Positions 1 through 8,756 of a DNA stretch of 64,000 nucleotides are shown one piece after another. The notes under the pieces were generated by a model. That model ran no database searches, was not told the origin of the DNA, and saw only the letters and a program-made list of their open reading frames with translations. Origin of the DNA: a virus (taxonomy: Duplodnaviria > Caudoviricetes); the IMG/VR virus record IMGVR_UViG_2926558313_000004, positions 64,001 to 128,000 of that record, one strand, 5' to 3'. Numbering within the stretch: the first letter of the stretch is position 1; the number at the start of each line of letters is the position of its first letter. The position numbers and the translations under genes are program-made.

Positions 1-22
1 TTTTAATCTGCTGTTATATAGA

Positions 23-2173
23 TCACGCTGGTTGCATTTCCTTCTTTACTTGCAAGGCAACAAACTTTTTTGCGTCTTCTAATTTTTCAGTTGTTTTTGT
101 GGAATGGATTTCATATCCATTTTTAAATACTCTAAAGCATCCCCACAACTTACAAATCCAATAATTACCATGAATATACACACGCCTATCATCTTTAATT
201 CCCATGTATTCAATTTCTTTTCTCTTTGTTTGGAATTCAATATCAATTTCAGTATTTTTAATTTCTTGCTTTAACTTACTATCCTTCTCATTAATAATTC
301 TGTATTCAGTTTTATTAATTTTATTTTCGATCTCTTCTGTTAAATGGACTAAATCGCCCATTAACTTATGCTGTCTATCATCTGCTTTTCTATCTTTATG
401 TCTATTCCTTCCGGCTGCCCCAGTGACAAACCATGAAGGATTGTTTGCCTTGAAGCTTAGATATTTGACATAAGCATCATAATATTTCTTTTTAAAACGT
501 TGTAAGTCACGTTTTAAATAATAGATTGTTGCTTTATTACTTGTTGTAGAAATAACCTCTTTAACTTGATTAGTATAGCGTGAAAACGTTTCTTGAATTT
601 CTTTCGTATGGTCGCGCTTCTGTTTACGGAATACCCATGCACTGTCATGCTCTCTATCTTGTAGCTGTTGATCAATTGTATATGTTTCAATATCATCAAT
701 TTCAATGTCAGGAAAGTTTAGGCTTGTTCCGCTTTCGCTGTTATGCGCTTCTGGTTGAGTATTATTACAAAGCGTTTGCACAAACTCCAAACGTTCCTCA
801 CTTTGTTTTGCATACCATATCTTTCTAGCTCGTGACCATCTAAAACCATGCGCTTTTAGTTGTGCTCTGATTTCTTCGCTTGGCTTATCCGAAAATGAAA
901 CTTCAATGCCGTTTTTCTCTTCATTCAAATAGTATGTTGCAGCATTGGTCTGCTCTTTTACTTCTTCGCTGTTATTGGTGGTTTCTTCATCAATTAAAGG
1001 ATCAAAATTACCTTCTCTACTATTTTTATTATTTTTATATTGATTATTATCCGGTGTCGGTTCAAAACCTTCTTTGACAGCGATATAACGAGCGTAGTCA
1101 TAGCCTTGCGGATCAATTAACAATGTTTCGTTTGTTTCAGTGTTAATCACTTCTAATACTACTCTATATGATTCATTTGCCCAACGTGTCTGATCTTCTT
1201 CTGACAATTCCCACATATTTTCAATGTCTTCGTTGACTTCAAATGTGCTATTTGTCCCACCCTTGAATTCTGTATTTAATGTTTGCATGTCTAAATTTGA
1301 TAAAAATAAATCGAATGATTCTTTATCAACTGAAATAGATTCTTCTACAACATATCTGTCATATGTTGCTAATTCCTTGGATATAACTTCTTTCATGCTA
1401 CACGGTTTGGAAGCAAACCATGCAAACGCAATTCTTTTCCCTTCTTTTGTATATAATTCTTTTTGTCTCGGCTCATCTACGGTTTCTCTTGCTCGTTCCA
1501 TTTCAATATTGTAACGCTCTTTCATGCTTAACTGATCTTTGATTGATGTAGTATCAAAAAGTATCATAGCAGTTCTATCGCTTTGTCCATATTGTTGAAT
1601 GGAACGCAGTTCAACATCTTTTACTAGTCTAACATTACCGTATGTCTTAAAACCATTTAAGAGCATTTCTTTAAGCGCCAACCCTGTAACATAGGGAATG
1701 TTACTAGCAATAAAAATTCTGTTATCAATTAACTCCTTACGCTTAAAATCGCCATGACTTCCTATTGCAAAAATATCGGTATTATTAAACTCTGCTAGTT
1801 CTGCTTTGATTACTCTGTTATCGTTTAGTAATTCGCAGCCTGTGAGATAACTATAATATTCAATCCAATGCGAATGATATTCGTCATAGTAATAAAATTC
1901 AACTTTATAAAGGGATAATAAATCAATGTTTTTATATGTAGCAGATTGAAGGAAGGAATCTCTTTTTTGTTTTCGCTCAGCTTCTTTTGCATTAAAAGCC
2001 GCCTCATGTTCTTTTTGTAAAAACAGACTAACAGCTTCAATAATTTCAGTTTTATGTTTTCTTGCTCCCTTTCCTTTTACTGAACTGTCGCTACCTTCAA
2101 AATAAGAAATAACCGCTTGAATCCCTTCACCACTTACTAAATATTGTCCATACTCTTTTTTCACTGTTAGCAT
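23..2173 (-). CDS. Multidomain early phage protein (716 aa), polyvalent-protein-like modules
   Basis: Long ORF with RBS (AAAGGATG) and own promoter; segments LLIDPQGYDYARY and NEEKNGIEVSFSDKPSEEIRAQLKAHGFRWS resemble small domains recurrent in phage/plasmid polyvalent proteins. Confidence 0.7.
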   Translation of the reverse strand: MLTVKKEYGQYLVSGEGIQAVISYFEGSDSSVKGKGARKHKTEIIEAVSLFLQKEHEAAFNAKEAERKQKRDSFLQSATYKNIDLLSLYKVEFYYYDEYHSHWIEYYSYLTGCELLNDNRVIKAELAEFNNTDIFAIGSHGDFKRKELIDNRIFIASNIPYVTGLALKEMLLNGFKTYGNVRLVKDVELRSIQQYGQSDRTAMILFDTTSIKDQLSMKERYNIEMERARETVDEPRQKELYTKEGKRIAFAWFASKPCSMKEVISKELATYDRYVVEESISVDKESFDLFLSNLDMQTLNTEFKGGTNSTFEVNEDIENMWELSEEDQTRWANESYRVVLEVINTETNETLLIDPQGYDYARYIAVKEGFEPTPDNNQYKNNKNSREGNFDPLIDEETTNNSEEVKEQTNAATYYLNEEKNGIEVSFSDKPSEEIRAQLKAHGFRWSRARKIWYAKQSEERLEFVQTLCNNTQPEAHNSESGTSLNFPDIEIDDIETYTIDQQLQDREHDSAWVFRKQKRDHTKEIQETFSRYTNQVKEVISTTSNKATIYYLKRDLQRFKKKYYDAYVKYLSFKANNPSWFVTGAAGRNRHKDRKADDRQHKLMGDLVHLTEEIENKINKTEYRIINEKDSKLKQEIKNTEIDIEFQTKRKEIEYMGIKDDRRVYIHGNYWICKLWGCFRVFKNGYEIHSTKTTEKLEDAKKFVALQVKKEMQPA

Positions 2174-2213
2174 TGTTTATCATCCTTTCGAAAGCTGTTT
2201 ATTAACTATCTTT

Positions 2214-2262
2214 ATCTTATACTACATTTGATATAATGTCAATAATATAATTTAATTTGTTT
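2214..2262 (-). promoter_or_regulatory. sigmaA promoter with 20-bp operator-like spacer
   Basis: Minus strand TTGACA-17nt-TAAGAT; operator TTATACTACATTTGATATAA at 2217-2236. Confidence 0.8.
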
Positions 2263-2290
2263 TGTTTTTAAAATGTTGATTTTATGACAA

Positions 2291-2318
2291 GGAGAGTCAG
2301 CTATTCAGCTGATTCTCC
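2291..2318 (-). terminator. Intrinsic terminator-like hairpin
   Basis: GGAGAGTCAGCT-ATTC-AGCTGATTCTCC right after stop of 2318..2542. Confidence 0.6.
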
Positions 2319-2542
2319 TACCCTTCCATGTTACATACATTACCGTTTCCATCTTCCCACATTTCATTAATTGGACAACTTCCATTGTCCAAGTCTTTGA
2401 TAATTTGCTCCATATCTTCGATTGTCGCTGGTGTGATTAATCCCAAAAAGTTTTCTTTCTTGTCGTAAACTTCAAAAGCGTGTAGACTATGGTCAAATTC
2501 CACTTCATTTACAATTACTAATGCCGTTTCCCAGGTTTTCAT
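2318..2542 (-). CDS. Hypothetical early phage protein (74 aa)
   Basis: ORF with AGGAGG RBS and own promoter. Confidence 0.8.
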   Translation of the reverse strand: MKTWETALVIVNEVEFDHSLHAFEVYDKKENFLGLITPATIEDMEQIIKDLDNGSCPINEMWEDGNGNVCNMEG

Positions 2543-2579
2543 AATATAACCTCCTAATAGTTATTTATTAACTACCTTA

Positions 2580-2625
2580 ATTTTATATCAGAAGTGGTAT
2601 ATTGTCAATACAATAATTTAATTCA
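2580..2625 (-). promoter_or_regulatory. sigmaA promoter with operator-like spacer
   Basis: Minus strand TTGACA-17nt-TAAAAT; operator variant at 2583-2602. Confidence 0.8.
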
Positions 2626-2679
2626 ATTTATAAAAACAGTTGTTTTTTTAAATTAATATTAGGGTTTCACTCTCTAACG

Positions 2680-2865
2680 TTAGAGAGTGAAACCAAGAAA
2701 CAACTTTTCATACTTCCTTCTTTCGTATGTATCTTTGATTTCTTTGTTTACTCCGTTGATTGTTTCCCACATTCTGCTTTCTGTATCAATCCATAAAACA
2801 TAATCTTCGTTGTTTTTATAAGAACTAACTAATGTGATAACTACATTTAAATTATATACCGGCAT
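2680..2865 (-). CDS. Hypothetical early phage protein (61 aa)
   Basis: ORF with AGGAGG RBS; leader nearly identical to that of 2318..2542. Confidence 0.75.
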   Translation of the reverse strand: MPVYNLNVVITLVSSYKNNEDYVLWIDTESRMWETINGVNKEIKDTYERRKYEKLFLGFTL

Positions 2866-2902
2866 TTTGATTCCTCCTAATAGTTATTTATTAACTATCT
2901 TA

Positions 2903-2951
2903 AGTTTATATCAAATGTAGTATAATGTCAATATATTTATTTAATTTATTT
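2903..2951 (-). promoter_or_regulatory. sigmaA promoter with operator-like spacer
   Basis: Minus strand TTGACA-17nt-TAAACT; operator at 2906-2925; AAATAAATTAAA upstream. Confidence 0.8.
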
Positions 2952-3017
2952 TATTTGCTGTTTAAAAAGCGTATTTTATTAAGATGAAGAGAAGGAGAAA
3001 CCAGCTTATTAGGCTGG

Positions 3018-3203
3018 TTAATTATCTAAGTAAATTGTTAATCTTTCTTTTAAATATGCCTTGTTTAAATCTAACCGTCTTGATAATTTCTGAATTCCTT
3101 CATCATTGAAAGTAAATCCATAGCCGTTAACATTTACGTATTCCTGCCATAATTTTCGACCTTCATGCCATAATTTTCTTTGTTCCATTGTCATATGTAG
3201 CAA
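3018..3203 (-). CDS. Hypothetical early phage protein (61 aa)
   Basis: ORF with GGAGG RBS, followed by hairpin ACCAGC-n7-GCTGGT at 3000-3018. Confidence 0.75.
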   Translation of the reverse strand: MLHMTMEQRKLWHEGRKLWQEYVNVNGYGFTFNDEGIQKLSRRLDLNKAYLKERLTIYLDN

Positions 3204-3312
3204 CCTCCAAATATTTTTTATTTGTTTTCTTACTTATTATATTACATGTTCATCTAACGAAATTCAAGTATTAATTTAATTTATTTTGTTTTAAAATCAC
3301 TGTTTTATCTTA

Positions 3313-3477
3313 TTATTCTTGACAGAATTCTATATCATTTACATCTACAAAACACTCCCCTCCATCAAAGCGAACCAAAACTAAATCTTTTTCCCCTAAA
3401 TAGTTTACCTCTGTAATATAACCAATAATAGATGGATCACCTTTTCGTATTACTTTATCATGTAATTTAAATTTCAT
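3313..3477 (-). CDS. Hypothetical protein (54 aa, MKFKLHDKVIRKGDPSIIGYITEV...), not in ORF track
   Basis: Read by eye; GGAGTG RBS; beta-rich SH3-like pattern typical of small phage proteins. Confidence 0.7.
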   Translation of the reverse strand: MKFKLHDKVIRKGDPSIIGYITEVNYLGEKDLVLVRFDGGECFVDVNDIEFCQE

Positions 3478-3498
3478 TATTTATCACTCCATTTTTTA

Positions 3499-3705
3499 TT
3501 ATTTAAATAGTGAAATAATCCCAACATATTCTAAAATCTCAACTTCCAGTACATTGAAATTTTCTCCATTTGGATTACAGAATTTATCATTTACAACTCT
3601 TTCAAAATGTTTAATACTTCCATTTTTCATTTCTACCTTAAATCTAATCTTACGTCCTTCAAATTCATCTTGTCGGCTGATAAATTCATCTATACTCATT
3701 ATCAT
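3499..3705 (-). CDS. Hypothetical phage protein (68 aa)
   Basis: ORF with AGGAGTG RBS in early cluster. Confidence 0.75.
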   Translation of the reverse strand: MIMSIDEFISRQDEFEGRKIRFKVEMKNGSIKHFERVVNDKFCNPNGENFNVLEVEILEYVGIISLFK

Positions 3706-3743
3706 TGTAAATCACTCCTATTATTAATGATAAAACGATTGTT

Positions 3744-3935
3744 TTATATTAGTTGAAATTCATTATCTTTTAAGTACACTTTGCCATAATAATTTGCATC
3801 TAATTGAACTAAATAATATTCTTGATTATTATGTTTTTCTACTGCTTTGATTCGACCGTGACAACCTTCTAATAAATCACAAAATGAATTTTTTAATACT
3901 TTAATATTTTTATTTAACATAATTAACCACTCCAT
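3744..3935 (-). CDS. Hypothetical phage protein (start probably the internal MLNK)
   Basis: ORF; GGAGTGG RBS precedes MLNK. Confidence 0.7.
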   Translation of the reverse strand: MEWLIMLNKNIKVLKNSFCDLLEGCHGRIKAVEKHNNQEYYLVQLDANYYGKVYLKDNEFQLI

Positions 3936-3970
3936 ATTTTTAATTTTGTTTATTACATAAAACTAATGAT

Positions 3971-4183
3971 TTATTTAACTATTTCCACTTCGTAACCTCT
4001 ATTTTCTACATAATCAATTTTCTTATCAATAGTCCATTTACCTGAATAGTAATCTTCATAATCTTTTTTGTAATACTCTTCGAAATCTGGGTCTTGTTTA
4101 TCATCCAACAAATGAATTTCACATAAGCTATCTAAAGTGTGATCTGTCCATTTATTCAATTGCATATCAAAAATTCTTATCAT
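3971..4183 (-). CDS. Hypothetical phage protein (70 aa)
   Basis: ORF with GGAGG RBS. Confidence 0.75.
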   Translation of the reverse strand: MIRIFDMQLNKWTDHTLDSLCEIHLLDDKQDPDFEEYYKKDYEDYYSGKWTIDKKIDYVENRGYEVEIVK

Positions 4184-4233
4184 TTTACATTCCTCCGATT
4201 AATATTTTTAATTTCCTTACATTCAATAAAAAG

Positions 4234-4467
4234 TTATTCAGTTAATACAGCGAAAATGTTAAAATGCTGACTACTTTCATGCTTTATACTTACTAAAATT
4301 TTATCTTCTGCTTCCTGTAAGATTTCAACTATGCATTTTTCTTCGTGATCTGTGTCAAAGGCTGAAAAATACAGGTTTCCATTTTCAGTTTTTAGAAAGA
4401 TAACATTTTCAAAAGCGTATGAATTAAGGTAATTTATAATATCTTCGTTAGTGTAAGTATATGACAT
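4234..4467 (-). CDS. Hypothetical phage protein (77 aa)
   Basis: ORF with GGGAGA RBS. Confidence 0.75.
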   Translation of the reverse strand: MSYTYTNEDIINYLNSYAFENVIFLKTENGNLYFSAFDTDHEEKCIVEILQEAEDKILVSIKHESSQHFNIFAVLTE

Positions 4468-4484
4468 TTCTCACATCTCCCATT

Positions 4485-5153
4485 TCATAAGTTAAATTTT
4501 ATAATTAAATTATTTTTATTTAAACTATCTAAAATATCGCTTAAATACTGTTTATCAAAACTGCTATATTTTGACTGCTTTACAGTAAGCTGTTCGTTTT
4601 GTGTGAGTGTGCTATGTGTTAATGATTCATTTAGGTTGATCCATCCGTTCACGACAATTAGCTGATCAGATTCCATGATACGGTTGCTATAATATGTGCG
4701 TTTACGTTTAGGCTTATGGATGATTTTTAAAGTGTTTTCATATTGTGCATATGATTCAATAGCTGATGATTTTAAAGTGGTCTGAATAGCCACAGGGAAG
4801 CCGAAATCAGATAGTTTTATAATCGTTACCTTTTCCCCTTCGTGAGCGCTTAAAGCCTCTTGAACGGGTTGCAGCGGCGTTTCATTGATTACAGTATAGC
4901 CGTAACGTTTGCAAGCTGTCGCCAAGTGTAGAAGATTGGCGACTCCAATTGCTTCAATGAGTTTATTATTTAATTCAATTTTTTTGCTGGACATTTCGGA
5001 ATGGAAGAGCTTAATTGCTGCTTCTTGCTGATCGTTGCTAAGTTGTGGGAATGGAATACAGCCTAGAGTGAAAATTGATTCAGCGAAAAGATCAGATAGT
5101 AAATCAATTTGCTCGTATTGTGAAAGCTGGCTGAACGTTTGTGTTTTAATCAT
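4485..5153 (-). CDS. Hypothetical phage protein (222 aa)
   Basis: ORF with AAAGGAG RBS. Confidence 0.8.
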   Translation of the reverse strand: MIKTQTFSQLSQYEQIDLLSDLFAESIFTLGCIPFPQLSNDQQEAAIKLFHSEMSSKKIELNNKLIEAIGVANLLHLATACKRYGYTVINETPLQPVQEALSAHEGEKVTIIKLSDFGFPVAIQTTLKSSAIESYAQYENTLKIIHKPKRKRTYYSNRIMESDQLIVVNGWINLNESLTHSTLTQNEQLTVKQSKYSSFDKQYLSDILDSLNKNNLIIKFNL

Positions 5154-5363
5154 TTTTATTAGCTCCTTTTAATTTAATTGAATTTATTACGTGCTGAATT
5201 TTTTAAGTGCGATAACCTTACCTTCTTTGATTGATACGAAAGCGAAAGGTATCCTCTTTAATAACAAAAACCTAAATATTTTAATTGATTATTTTCTTTT
5301 AGTTTATCTAAGTAGGTAATTTTCATTTTTTATACCCCTCTCCATTAACTTATCTTACTTATA

Positions 5364-5422
5364 ATATTATATCGAAAGTAGTATAAAGTCAATAAAAAGA
5401 TTAAAAATAATTTAATTTATTT
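5364..5422 (-). promoter_or_regulatory. sigmaA promoter with operator-like spacer
   Basis: Minus strand TTGACT-17nt-TAATAT; operator variant at 5367-5386. Confidence 0.75.
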
Positions 5423-5448
5423 TATATATGTATAGCCGTTTCTTACGG

Positions 5449-5631
5449 CTATTTATTGCTTTTACTCACTGTCTTTGTGAAGTTGAAAAGTGTTAAAGCT
5501 GCTGCAATGATTATGAGAATGTCAACTATATAAACAAAGGCTGTTGTTGCGTCATAGGATAAGCGGAACAAAAGATATAGGGCAGCGAAGATAAGGAAGC
5601 CATAATCTAAATATTTACGCATAGTTTGCAT
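5449..5631 (-). CDS. Small two-helix membrane protein, YoyJ-like position
   Basis: Two hydrophobic stretches; directly downstream of YonT-like gene; hairpin TAGCCGT-n5-ACGGCTA after stop. Confidence 0.65.
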   Translation of the reverse strand: MQTMRKYLDYGFLIFAALYLLFRLSYDATTAFVYIVDILIIIAAALTLFNFTKTVSKSNK

Positions 5632-5659
5632 TTATTATTAGAATGTGATATATAATGAA

Positions 5660-5780
5660 GTGTAAAGGTTGGTAAGGATAAGGGAATCTTACTGACTTCC
5701 CCTACCCTTTTACTGCTAAGAGTTATCATTCATTCGTTTTCCTCTTGTTCGGCGTGTGCGACGCTTACGTTCAGGAATTA
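5660..5780 (+). ncRNA. Putative antisense antitoxin RNA (SR6-like); ends approximate
   Basis: Plus-strand TTGCAT (5626)...TATAAT (5651) promoter firing into the 3' end of the YonT-like gene; purine/pyrimidine stem at 5664-5711. Confidence 0.45.
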
Positions 5781-5937
5781 TGCGAATGGTGATGACTCTT
5801 TTTTGTGGTTTTGGCTTTTTGTATCGCTTAGTAAGTATGTGTAGTTTGTCTATGATGTTAAGTACCGATAGTAGCAAGCCTATCCACAATACTAGCTCAA
5901 CCTTTACAACTTCCGTCATATTCACATTCTTATTCAC
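5716..5937 (-). CDS. YonT-like type I toxin peptide
   Basis: N-terminal hydrophobic helix (LVLWIGLLLSVLNII) then very basic tail (ERKRRTRRTRGKR), the architecture of SPbeta YonT. Confidence 0.65.
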   Translation of the reverse strand: MNKNVNMTEVVKVELVLWIGLLLSVLNIIDKLHILTKRYKKPKPQKRVITIRIIPERKRRTRRTRGKRMNDNS

Positions 5938-6016
5938 CTCCTTTTATTTGATAAATTAATTATATCATATGCAGTATATATTTGTATATGTTTATTTTTA
6001 TTTTGTTTAATTATTT

Positions 6017-6646
6017 TTATGCGATGTCCCCTTTTATTTTTATAGCCAAATAACCTTTGTTGTTTATATATTGGCTTTTTGCTCCTTTATTAAAAGTGAA
6101 TATTAGATTGCCTTCGCTGTCTGTTTCTACATTGTGAGACATAGCACCGACTTTGATTATATAGTGATTGTCGGCAATTTTATGAGTATACATATCATTA
6201 TTAATTGATAAGTCAATTTTATTATATTTGTTTGTATTGGCTAACATTGTGACTGCTTTATTTTTTGCATATTCAAGTGTATCAGCTTCGGAAAGGTTTT
6301 CTCTTCCTGAAATACGAAAGCCAGCACGATATAAGGCTTTTACTTCTTTTTTATTGTGCGTTTTAATGTAGGTTTTTTTATTGGATATAGATGAAACGAT
6401 AGAATGCGTTAGTTCGTGAGTGGTTAAGTCTAAATAGTTTGCCCATGTAATAGAATACATTTTTAAATGTTCATTGTAAATGTAGGTTATGTCATGGGTA
6501 AATGCGCTGGGATTTTTAGAGTAGATTAATTTTATTAGTTCCTCTCGTTCCAGTTGTGTGTATCTTCTTAGATGGAGGCTTCTTGCTATTGATTGCAATT
6601 CGGTAAGCATTTTCGAGTTTAATTGGGATAAAGTATATTGTAACAA
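6017..6646 (-). CDS. Protein with N-terminal Rho_N-like helical nucleic-acid-binding domain
   Basis: LNSKMLTELQSIARSLHLRRYTQLEREELIKLI matches the Rho N-terminal pattern; TTG start with AGGAGG. Confidence 0.65.
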   Translation of the reverse strand: MLQYTLSQLNSKMLTELQSIARSLHLRRYTQLEREELIKLIYSKNPSAFTHDITYIYNEHLKMYSITWANYLDLTTHELTHSIVSSISNKKTYIKTHNKKEVKALYRAGFRISGRENLSEADTLEYAKNKAVTMLANTNKYNKIDLSINNDMYTHKIADNHYIIKVGAMSHNVETDSEGNLIFTFNKGAKSQYINNKGYLAIKIKGDIA

Positions 6647-6839
6647 TTTATTACCTCCTATTTATAATACGTTTATAATATTATATTCACTTTATATTAT
6701 ATAGTAAGATTAAAAGAAGGTAAAGAATTATTTTAATTTTAATTTTATTGAATTTATTTATGAAGTTTCTTGGACAACCTCCCAGCCTGCTAACTGGGAA
6801 CGCTCTGCGCTTAATGCGGTTTATAGTCGCACAGACGAC

Positions 6840-6992
6840 TTATTTATTACAATTGCAATCTTTAACGTGTGAAACAAGACTATAGGCTTCTTTGCATTTT
6901 TCGCATTCTTTGTAATAGCGGCTTAAATGTTCCATTTCATGTGATGATAAGCCTTGTTTAACCCATTCTGCGCGTAGTTTTTTCATACTCAT
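6840..6992 (-). CDS. Small Cys-rich protein (50 aa, MSMKKLRAEWVKQG...CEKC...CNCNK), not in ORF track
   Basis: Read by eye; AAGGAG RBS; CxxC and CxC motifs. Confidence 0.6.
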   Translation of the reverse strand: MSMKKLRAEWVKQGLSSHEMEHLSRYYKECEKCKEAYSLVSHVKDCNCNK

Positions 6993-7021
6993 ATCTGACA
7001 ACTCCTTATCATAAATTTTAT

Positions 7022-7249
7022 TTATTTTATTAATTCAATATTCATACTGACTAACAATTGTTCAATATCTGACATAATATCAGATGAAATATTGACAGTA
7101 GTATTATATTCAAACTCGTAATTTTCTACTGCTGAATTAACTAGTTCTTTTATTTCTTTGATGGTGTATGAAGGTTGATTTTCATTAAGTAAAGCTGTTT
7201 CGATTAAGTTTAGGGTAAATTCCTTAAATGTGATTGACATTGTATGCAA
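7022..7249 (-). CDS. Hypothetical phage protein (about 72-75 aa)
   Basis: ORF with AGAGG RBS and upstream promoter. Confidence 0.7.
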   Translation of the reverse strand: MHTMSITFKEFTLNLIETALLNENQPSYTIKEIKELVNSAVENYEFEYNTTVNISSDIMSDIEQLLVSMNIELIK

Positions 7250-7286
7250 CCTCTTTTCTAAAAATAGTATGTTGTTGTTACTTATA

Positions 7287-7334
7287 ATATTATACTATAA
7301 GTAGTATATTGTCAATATATAATTTAATTTATTT
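7287..7334 (-). promoter_or_regulatory. sigmaA promoter with operator-like spacer
   Basis: Minus strand TTGACA-17nt-TAATAT; operator variant at 7290-7309; AAATAAATTAAA upstream. Confidence 0.75.
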
Positions 7335-7349
7335 TGTTTATTTGAGAAA

Positions 7350-7411
7350 AAAATTTGAACACATTTCCCATAATAAGTAATAGTCTATATAAGAAGATAT
7401 GTTCAAATTTT
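7350..7411. repeat. 12-bp inverted repeat with long spacer
   Basis: AAAATTTGAACA ... TGTTCAAATTTT immediately downstream of 7416..8549. Confidence 0.6.
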
Positions 7412-7415
7412 TAAT

Positions 7416-8549
7416 TTAATTATATTTGTTAAAATCATTAGGTAGCTGTTTTGCTTTACTGTCAATAAGTATATTATTTAATTTTCTAGTATTATTTATA
7501 TAATCTTCCTTCATTCTCATTTTCATTTTATCGCTATTAGTATTGGCTTTTTTATGCCTTGATAAACTGTTTTCATTAATTCTATTCTTTATACCCTTAT
7601 TAACTGTTTGAAATGAATACTCTTTCTCCTTTGAATCTAATTTGAAGCTATTTAATTCTTTCCACTTATTGGTAATATATTTATTATTTGCAACTATTTC
7701 ATAAGACTTAAAGTAACGATAGATATTGAATTTATCAAATAAAATTGAATTAACCTCTCTGTAAAATTGATCTTGTATTCCTCTAATAAAAATATCTCTT
7801 TCACTATTGCAATTATATTTTAAGGCTACTTCCTTTTCAATTAGTTTGATATTCTCCCTTTCTTCTTCTGTTGCCTTTCTTATATATGTATTTGTTTTTA
7901 CGTTAGACCCTTTGAAGGTTTGCGTTTCTTCTCCATACTCATTAACGTTTATTAGTTGTTCAGCTTTTATCTGATTATATTCATTATATTTAGCTTCTGT
8001 ATCTATAAGGCATACTGTCGTTGTTTTAGTCCAATCAATTAAAAATTGTGATTCCAAACTATTTAAGGCAGATTCTATATTTCTTTTGAGTAAGTCGTCA
8101 GATGTTGAGTAGAAATCTTTTATTTCATCTAATGATATGTCGAGATGTTTGGATAGTCTTAATTGTTTATATTTAGCTTTTATATAATTTTGATTTATCA
8201 TCCTTAATTCTTGAAGAAGGTTATTTCTTGTGATAAATAAGTAACCATTATTACTATTGTGAATGATTTTGTCTAAGATTAACCTTTGAATAGTTGATAT
8301 ATATTTAGTTTTATTATTATTGGCTGGAAGCGGTATTTTATATATGTGAGTTATAATGAAAGAATGCCCTTTTTTAGTATATTTAAAATAGCGTTCTAAT
8401 TCTTTAAGTTGAGCCTTTTTTGAATTTCCTGCTTCAATTGGAATGGATAAGGCTTCACAAAGGTGCTTATAATTTTTAAATGTATCACCTTCTTTTATGT
8501 GTGATGTGGAAATGATGGGATTAGGTGGTTCAATTGGATTAGTTGACAT
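7416..8549 (-). CDS. Hypothetical basic phage protein (377 aa), possibly DNA-binding
   Basis: Long ORF with AAGGAGG RBS; no catalytic motif recognised. Confidence 0.8.
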   Translation of the reverse strand: MSTNPIEPPNPIISTSHIKEGDTFKNYKHLCEALSIPIEAGNSKKAQLKELERYFKYTKKGHSFIITHIYKIPLPANNNKTKYISTIQRLILDKIIHNSNNGYLFITRNNLLQELRMINQNYIKAKYKQLRLSKHLDISLDEIKDFYSTSDDLLKRNIESALNSLESQFLIDWTKTTTVCLIDTEAKYNEYNQIKAEQLINVNEYGEETQTFKGSNVKTNTYIRKATEEERENIKLIEKEVALKYNCNSERDIFIRGIQDQFYREVNSILFDKFNIYRYFKSYEIVANNKYITNKWKELNSFKLDSKEKEYSFQTVNKGIKNRINENSLSRHKKANTNSDKMKMRMKEDYINNTRKLNNILIDSKAKQLPNDFNKYN

Positions 8550-8738
8550 TTATATGAAATTCCTCCTTTTAGTTTTAGCTAGTGGAAAGATGTGGGTAGT
8601 TAGTTGATAAATAAAATTAAAATAAATAATATGGATCAATATACATTATACTATAATTTCGGATAATTGTAAATATGATTGACTTGTGAAAAATATAATA
8701 AATTAAATGAATTAGATGGGAAGTTATTAACATTAGTG

Positions 8739-8756
8739 TGTGGATAAAGTGGATAA
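8739..8756 (-). promoter_or_regulatory. Two tandem DnaA-box-like 9-mers
   Basis: TGTGGATAA (reverse complement TTATCCACA, perfect) followed by AGTGGATAA (one mismatch). Confidence 0.45.

Noticed and set aside
204-2040. Short ORFs overlapping 23..2173 on both strands
   Set aside because: Shadow frames of the long gene; no RBS, no recognisable motifs
5170-5326. Short minus-strand frame (MKITYLDKLKENNQ...) behind the 5364-5422 promoter
   Set aside because: Stops after 23 codons; may be a remnant but no product can be supported
5756-5959. Plus-strand 67-aa ORF
   Set aside because: Antisense shadow of the YonT-like gene
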